A stretch of DNA of 19,962 nucleotides, taken from the IMG/VR virus record IMGVR_UViG_3300010403_000023; one strand, written 5' to 3'. The stretch comes from a virus (Duplodnaviria; Heunggongvirae; Uroviricota; Caudoviricetes). Below, piece by piece: positions 15,974 through 19,962 of the stretch. The translations under genes and the position numbers were made by a program. The notes under the pieces are model-generated. The model did no database searches. It was given only the letters and a program-made list of their open reading frames with translations, and had not been told where the DNA came from. Every line of letters begins with the position of its first letter. Position 1 is the first letter of the stretch.

Positions 15974-16025
15974 AACGGAGCGTCGCACCAGGAGCTTGGT
16001 CAGCGGCTATTCGCTGGCTACCAAA
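15974..16025 (+). repeat. Junction repeat copy E15
   Basis: AACGGAGCGTCGCACC...GCGGCTATTCGCTGGCTACCAAA; overlaps the last codons of ORF 16007-16300. Confidence 0.88.
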
Positions 16026-16300
16026 GCATCTTCCTGTAATACTATTCTCTTATTTTCAAGTTGTATCTGTACTGTTTCTGGTCCTACTCTCAGGTACATT
16101 ACTTCTCCTTTTAAGTTCTTTATTCCATACCATCCATCACGACATTCATGTAGAGTAAATCCTATGTACAGAGGAGTTTCAAAGCCAGGGAGTTTAATAC
16201 TCTCTGTTAGCTTGTATATTTTACCATTTGCTTTTATTTCTTTTTTAGCTGCATTAGCAAAGAGGTAGTATTCTGTTTGTGGTTCTGATATGGATGGCAT
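16007..16300 (-). CDS. Hypothetical protein (97 aa)
   Basis: Track ORF; C-terminal LVASE* lies in the antisense of E15. Confidence 0.7.
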   Translation of the reverse strand: MPSISEPQTEYYLFANAAKKEIKANGKIYKLTESIKLPGFETPLYIGFTLHECRDGWYGIKNLKGEVMYLRVGPETVQIQLENKRIVLQEDALVASE

Positions 16301-16342
16301 AATTTTAAAATTTTGTTGTGAGCTTATTATTAGGTAGAGTTA

Positions 16343-16480
16343 GTGATGCTATTAGTAGCTTGGTAATGCCGAAATTAACGGTAGTTTTATCCGTCAACTA
16401 TAACTTCCTGTTTCTTCGCCCGACGTAACCGCCGCGACTCCACAGGCCCTTCCGACGTACCCCGCCGTGATTTTTCTAAT
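16343..16480 (-). ncRNA. Putative TnpB omegaRNA scaffold and start of guide (boundaries uncertain)
   Basis: GC-rich 3' end of tnpB (...CCTGTGGAGTCGCGGCGG...GAAGAAACAGGAAG) followed by the hairpin TTGACGG-N9-CCGTTAA; by established TnpB biology the omegaRNA overlaps this region. Confidence 0.45.
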
Positions 16481-17577
16481 CCCATAAACTTAATATTTAT
16501 TGCCGCATTTACGTCCCGGTCATGGGTTGCGTGGCATGATACGCATGTCCAATTTCTGTCTTCCAAGGTGATCTCTTCATTGATTACTTTGCATGTGCTG
16601 CAGGTTTTTGTAGATGGCTCAAATGTTCCTATCTCAATTACGCTTTTACCATTCCAAAGGCATTTGTATTGCAACATCTTCACAAACATAGACCAAGCCG
16701 CATCGGTGATTGCTTGCGCTAATCTATGGTTTTTCACCAGAGTTTTCACCGAAAGGGATTCTACGCAAAACGTAGTGGTTTGGTTATCGCGCACTAATTT
16801 TGTAGAAATTTTTTGCAGGTAGTCTTTTCGTTGGTTTGCTATTCGTTCATGTTGGATCGCCACGCGTTTTACAGCCTTCTTTCTATTACCGCTACCCTTC
16901 TTTTTTCGGCAAACTCTTTTTTGTAAAACAGCAAGTCGCTGTTGACTTAATTTTAGAAACTTTGGATTAGTAAACTTCGTTCCGTCAGATAAAATTGCAA
17001 GGTCTTTTAAGCCCAGGTCAATACCTATTGTTTTTTGTATATCTATCGGCGCTTTTGTTGGTTGGTGTATTTCATTGTCCACCAATATACTCACAAAATA
17101 TTTTCCGGATGGCACCCTGCTTATAATTATTCTTTTGACTTTCCCTTCAAATTTACGGCTGATACGAATTGGAATGTTTTTTATTTTAGTTATAGTAAGT
17201 AATTCATTATTAAAATCAATCTTTCTACCTTTATATGAACATTGAAAACTCTGTATTCCTTTTTTGCTTTTAAACTTCGGATAACCTGCATTTCTAAAAA
17301 AGTTCTTAAAGGCACTCTCTATTCTTATAACCGAAGCTACCAATGCTTGACTGTCAACTTCATGTAGCCATTCGTGATCTCGCTTTAATTCAACTAACTG
17401 CCTACATAAGCTAAACGCGGATAGGTTTATTTGATGTTGTTTATATGCAGATATTTTCACCTCCAAAGCTAAATTATATACTAACCTGCAAGCAGAAAAA
17501 GTCTGCTCAATCAATTTGATTTGGTCGCCAGTTGGATAAATTCGATATTTATATGATCTCAACATTTTTATATTCAA
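16387..17577 (-). CDS. tnpB: IS200/IS605-family TnpB RNA-guided endonuclease, no adjacent tnpA
   Basis: YKYRIYP HTH; RuvC-I IGIDLG, RuvC-II CVESL, zinc finger CSTC/CVSC, RuvC-III DRDVNAAINI; D-E-D triad intact. Confidence 0.95.
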   Translation of the reverse strand: MNIKMLRSYKYRIYPTGDQIKLIEQTFSACRLVYNLALEVKISAYKQHQINLSAFSLCRQLVELKRDHEWLHEVDSQALVASVIRIESAFKNFFRNAGYPKFKSKKGIQSFQCSYKGRKIDFNNELLTITKIKNIPIRISRKFEGKVKRIIISRVPSGKYFVSILVDNEIHQPTKAPIDIQKTIGIDLGLKDLAILSDGTKFTNPKFLKLSQQRLAVLQKRVCRKKKGSGNRKKAVKRVAIQHERIANQRKDYLQKISTKLVRDNQTTTFCVESLSVKTLVKNHRLAQAITDAAWSMFVKMLQYKCLWNGKSVIEIGTFEPSTKTCSTCKVINEEITLEDRNWTCVSCHATHDRDVNAAINIKFMGLEKSRRGTSEGPVESRRLRRAKKQEVIVDG

Positions 17578-17596
17578 TTACCTTTAAGTGTAGTAG

Positions 17597-17645
17597 AGCA
17601 GAACGTCGCCAAGGCTGAATCTATATTCTACCTTATGAAATAAAA
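17597..17645 (+). repeat. Degenerate junction repeat copy E16
   Basis: AGTAGAGCAGAACGTCGC vs E10 AGTAGAACGGAGCGTCGC (15/18); lies between the stop at 17633 and the tnpB start. Confidence 0.5.
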
Positions 17646-17893
17646 TCGTCGCTCTCTAATTCTTTATTTTTATTTCTAAAGAAAAAATAAACGGGCAATG
17701 CTATAAATAGCATGCACCAAGAACAGCACAAACACAACCATCCCTCCATCACATTCAAAATCCACATACTCACAGAAGGGATTTGTCCCCTGTTCATCAT
17801 AAAGTAAATAGCCTGCTCAATCCCAGAATGGAGGACTTTATAGGAGATAGCGCAGCCGATGAACCAGATAATGAGAATGATAGTTATGTTCAT
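17633..17893 (-). CDS. Small membrane protein (86 aa)
   Basis: Two hydrophobic stretches; ATGA overlap with the upstream gene. Confidence 0.7.
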   Translation of the reverse strand: MNITIILIIWFIGCAISYKVLHSGIEQAIYFMMNRGQIPSVSMWILNVMEGWLCLCCSWCMLFIALPVYFFFRNKNKELESDDFIS

Positions 17894-18156
17894 ATATTCT
17901 GTTTAAATTTTTGAAAACCTTCCTCTTCCGTTCCATTAGCAACAACAGTTACTTTTATCGGCATTATCTTATAATCACCTATCACTACCATTTCGTGATA
18001 TGATTTAGATATACCTTTTTGATGTAGTAATTTCACCATTGCTATACACATCGGAAAATCAGGTGCCATAGTAGATAGCTGGCAGCTACCATCAGGTGCT
18101 ACTAAAACATACATTTCTTCATTTTGTATTTCTTCAAAATTTACTTTTACACTCAT
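17890..18156 (-). CDS. Hypothetical protein (88 aa)
   Basis: ATGA overlaps on both sides. Confidence 0.7.
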   Translation of the reverse strand: MSVKVNFEEIQNEEMYVLVAPDGSCQLSTMAPDFPMCIAMVKLLHQKGISKSYHEMVVIGDYKIMPIKVTVVANGTEEEGFQKFKQNI

Positions 18157-18368
18157 GCTGCTTTAGATTTTGCTGCTCTTTTAATTTCCCGGTCCATTAA
18201 TCTTACAAATTTCCGGTATTCTTTTTCTGAAGTAACTTTAAACTCTTTCAATTCTTCAGCATTCAACGAACCGGAAATTCCTATGAAAAGATTATAAACC
18301 TTGTATAATTTTGGTTTATTCTTTTTCATTCTTTCGTGGATAAGTTTCAAGTTCATCGCGTGTTCCAT
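18153..18368 (-). CDS. Basic hypothetical protein (71 aa; start may be 18356)
   Basis: First gene after the leftward promoter; Lys-rich. Confidence 0.65.
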   Translation of the reverse strand: MEHAMNLKLIHERMKKNKPKLYKVYNLFIGISGSLNAEELKEFKVTSEKEYRKFVRLMDREIKRAAKSKAA

Positions 18369-18383
18369 TTTGAATATTTTTCA

Positions 18384-18414
18384 CAAAAGTAATTATCTTT
18401 TTTAATTTTCCAAA
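18384..18414 (-). promoter_or_regulatory. Leftward Bacteroidota primary-sigma promoter
   Basis: Minus strand TTTG (18411-18414)-N19-TACTTTTG (18384-18391): full match to the TTTG/TAnnTTTG consensus. Confidence 0.7.
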
Positions 18415-18431
18415 TAAAATTTGAAATAAAT

Positions 18432-18462
18432 TTTGTTTTGCGGATTCTATTTATTTACTTTG
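18432..18462 (+). promoter_or_regulatory. Rightward promoter (divergent)
   Basis: TTTG (18432-18435)-N19-TTACTTTG (one mismatch to TAnnTTTG), 15 nt before ATG 18478. Confidence 0.5.
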
Positions 18463-18477
18463 CACTAACAATACATT

Positions 18478-18912
18478 ATGATGATAGTAGTTCGGAACCA
18501 AGAACGGAGCGTCGCAACAGGCGACCAGGAGCGACTTTCAGCCGACTACCAAAAGAAATTAAAGTGGTTAAAAGCATGGAATAAATCCCGCGCAAAGGCA
18601 ATAAAAAAATACCAGAGTAAACCAAAGAAGCCACGTAAAATAAGACTGATCAGCATAAAGCGCCGCAAGCAACTTGATCAGTATTACATCTTATCCGAGC
18701 AATACTTAATAGACAATCCAGACTGCCAGGCAAAATTAAAAGGCTGCGTAGGTATAGCTGAAGAAATTCACCATATGCAAGGCCGCTCAAACGAATTATT
18801 ATTGGATACAAGATACTTTAAAGGAGTCTGCGGATCATGCCATATTGGGATAACTGAACATTCTGCCCAAGCTATACAGGATGGGCACAGTAAAAGTCGG
18901 CACAAAATATAG
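18478..18912 (+). CDS. HNH-like zinc-binding nuclease (144 aa) with repeat E17 in frame at the N-terminus
   Basis: CQAKLKGC...EEIHHMQGR...VCGSCH; basic N-terminal region; no in-frame ATG between the repeat and the nuclease domain. Confidence 0.75.
   Translation: MMIVVRNQERSVATGDQERLSADYQKKLKWLKAWNKSRAKAIKKYQSKPKKPRKIRLISIKRRKQLDQYYILSEQYLIDNPDCQAKLKGCVGIAEEIHHMQGRSNELLLDTRYFKGVCGSCHIGITEHSAQAIQDGHSKSRHKI
18487..18554 (+). repeat. Junction repeat copy E17
   Basis: AGTAGTTCGGAAC arm (as E11), core 18503-18554 AACGGAGCGTCGCAACAGGCGAC...CTTTCAGCCGACTACCAAAA (19 bp identical to E5). Confidence 0.92.
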
Positions 18913-19239
18913 TTTTGATTATACAATACAATATTAATACAAATTATTATTGTACTTTATTTTAATCTGTAAATCTGAGTTTTGAACACCTTATTTTGTT
19001 AATCATTAAGAAACGCCTATAACAATATGAAAATAGGTTGTTTAAGAATATTTTTCGCTGATTATTTGGAAATACAAAGAGACTTATTACCTTTATAGTG
19101 CTTATTCAATTCCTTATGTTAAAATCATCTTTTTACACCTTTCAAAATACGCTTCTTTCCTGCAGGTTGCCATTTCTTTCATGCCTTCGCATAAGTTATT
19201 GGATAAGCCAGCCTGTGGGAAAGTGGCTTTTATATCCTT

Positions 19240-19962
19240 ATGGCAAGTAAACCCACAAAAGAAGGTTTAGAATATTTTTCTGTAGACATAGATTTATATG
19301 AGGACGAGAAGATATTATATGCCCAGGAGTTGATTGATCCGGCTGGAGCGGAACCTTGGTTACGATTTTCTATCCCTTGTGTGGCTATACGTTTATTACG
19401 TGAAATCTATCGTTTAGGTTATTATATAGAGTGGAATGATCGTACCGCTTTAACTATTTCAAGTAAGATGAATAGTGTTATTACTATGTCAGTATTAAAG
19501 AAAATAGTTTTATGTTTAGTGGATTCTGGATTTTTTAGTAAAGAAATATATAACAACTTTAATATACTTACAAGCCATGGCATACAAAAAAGGTGGTCCC
19601 GTATTATAAAAATGTCGAAAAGGAAAGGTGTCGCACTGAGAAAAGATATTAACATATACAGTGACGATATTAACATATCCCCAAATAACGAAAATTTAAT
19701 TCCGGAAGAATTGCCAAATACTCCGGAAGAATTGCCAAATACTCCGGAAGAATTGCCAAATACTCAACCAATAATGGAACTTTCTAAACAAAATAATACT
19801 TTACTTTACTTTAATAATAATACCATAGATACTATAGATAATAAGGAGAGTATTAATAGTATTATAAGTATAGGAGAAGAAATTCCGGAAGAATTGCCAA
19901 ATACTCCGGAAGAATTGCCAAATACTCCGGAAGAATTGCCAAATACTCCGGAAGAATTGCCA
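19240..19962 (+). CDS. Phage replication initiator, DUF4373 (Lin1244/Lin1753)-like, 3' truncated by the window
   Basis: Own translation MASKPTKEGLEYFSVDIDLYEDEKI...LLREIYR.GYYIEWND...GFFSKEIY....ILTSHGIQKRW; open for 241 codons to the edge; contains iteron-like repeats. Not in the track. Confidence 0.85.
   Translation, partial: MASKPTKEGLEYFSVDIDLYEDEKILYAQELIDPAGAEPWLRFSIPCVAIRLLREIYRLGYYIEWNDRTALTISSKMNSVITMSVLKKIVLCLVDSGFFSKEIYNNFNILTSHGIQKRWSRIIKMSKRKGVALRKDINIYSDDINISPNNENLIPEELPNTPEELPNTPEELPNTQPIMELSKQNNTLLYFNNNTIDTIDNKESINSIISIGEEIPEELPNTPEELPNTPEELPNTPEELP
19702..19764 (+). repeat. Iteron-like cluster 1: 3 x 21 bp CCGGAAGAATTGCCAAATACT
   Basis: Three identical tandem units encoding PEELPNT. 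Confidence 0.9.
19885..19962 (+). repeat. Iteron-like cluster 2: at least 3.7 x the same 21 bp
   Basis: Units start at 19885, 19906, 19927 and 19948 (cut by the edge). Confidence 0.9.

Noticed and set aside
16312-16357. Possible degenerate minus-strand repeat downstream of tnpB (TAGCATCACTAAC...CAACAAAA)
   Set aside because: It would pair neatly with E16, but it lacks the CGG and TCGC core and has the wrong length; similarity is at chance level.
2227-16822. Plus-strand track ORFs opposite larger minus-strand genes (e.g. 2227, 4537, 6085, 6385, 6639, 8136, 9354, 9653, 10759, 11515, 11564, 12003, 12011, 12440, 12720, 13204, 13984, 15147, 15431, 15799, 15996, 16568) and nested minus ORFs 9296-9493 and 11366-11554
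   Set aside because: Shadow or nested frames of better-supported genes with no recognisable motifs.
209-18554. Junction repeats as CRISPR repeats or integron attC sites
   Set aside because: Spacing is hundreds to thousands of bp and orientation alternates; there are no consistent RYYYAAC/GTTRRRY boxes and no integrase in the window.
209-18554. Junction repeats as phage promoters or terminators
   Set aside because: They occur in both orientations relative to the same transcription direction, lack TAnnTTTG, and most lack a stem plus U-tract.
19027-19098. 23-aa plus-strand ORF MKIGCLRIFFADYLEIQRDLLPL
   Set aside because: Too short to support without conservation or expression data.
19422-19676. 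84-aa minus-strand ORF
   Set aside because: Antisense to the DUF4373-like initiator gene.
19702-19962. 21-bp repeats as a CRISPR array
   Set aside because: The units are directly tandem with no unique spacers, lie in frame in a replication gene, and no cas genes are visible.
1-19962. tRNA or rRNA genes
   Set aside because: No cloverleaf with T-loop/D-loop motifs and no rRNA-like sequence found by eye.

Overview
The window looks like part of a Bacteroidota phage or prophage. Support: TTTG-N19-TAnnTTTG promoters, A-rich non-SD translation starts, YopX, an HNH-like gene and a DUF4373-type replication gene with iterons. Genes from 1 to 18368 run almost entirely on the minus strand: two virion-like proteins, small hypotheticals, a GIY-YIG nuclease, five glycosyltransferase-like genes, accessory genes and a solo TnpB. 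A divergent promoter pair at about 18380-18465 starts a plus-strand block (HNH-like gene, replication initiator with a probable origin). The main unexplained structure is a family of 16 clear plus 1 degenerate ~52-bp repeats (AACGGWGC(Y)RTCGC...CAAAA). They sit at gene junctions, almost strictly alternate in orientation, bracket blocks of 1-3 accessory genes as inverted pairs, have shuffled flanking arms, and are partly translated in several genes. A second, unrelated inverted-repeat family forms three pairs at 3989-5070. All protein family calls come from motif recognition by eye, not database searches.
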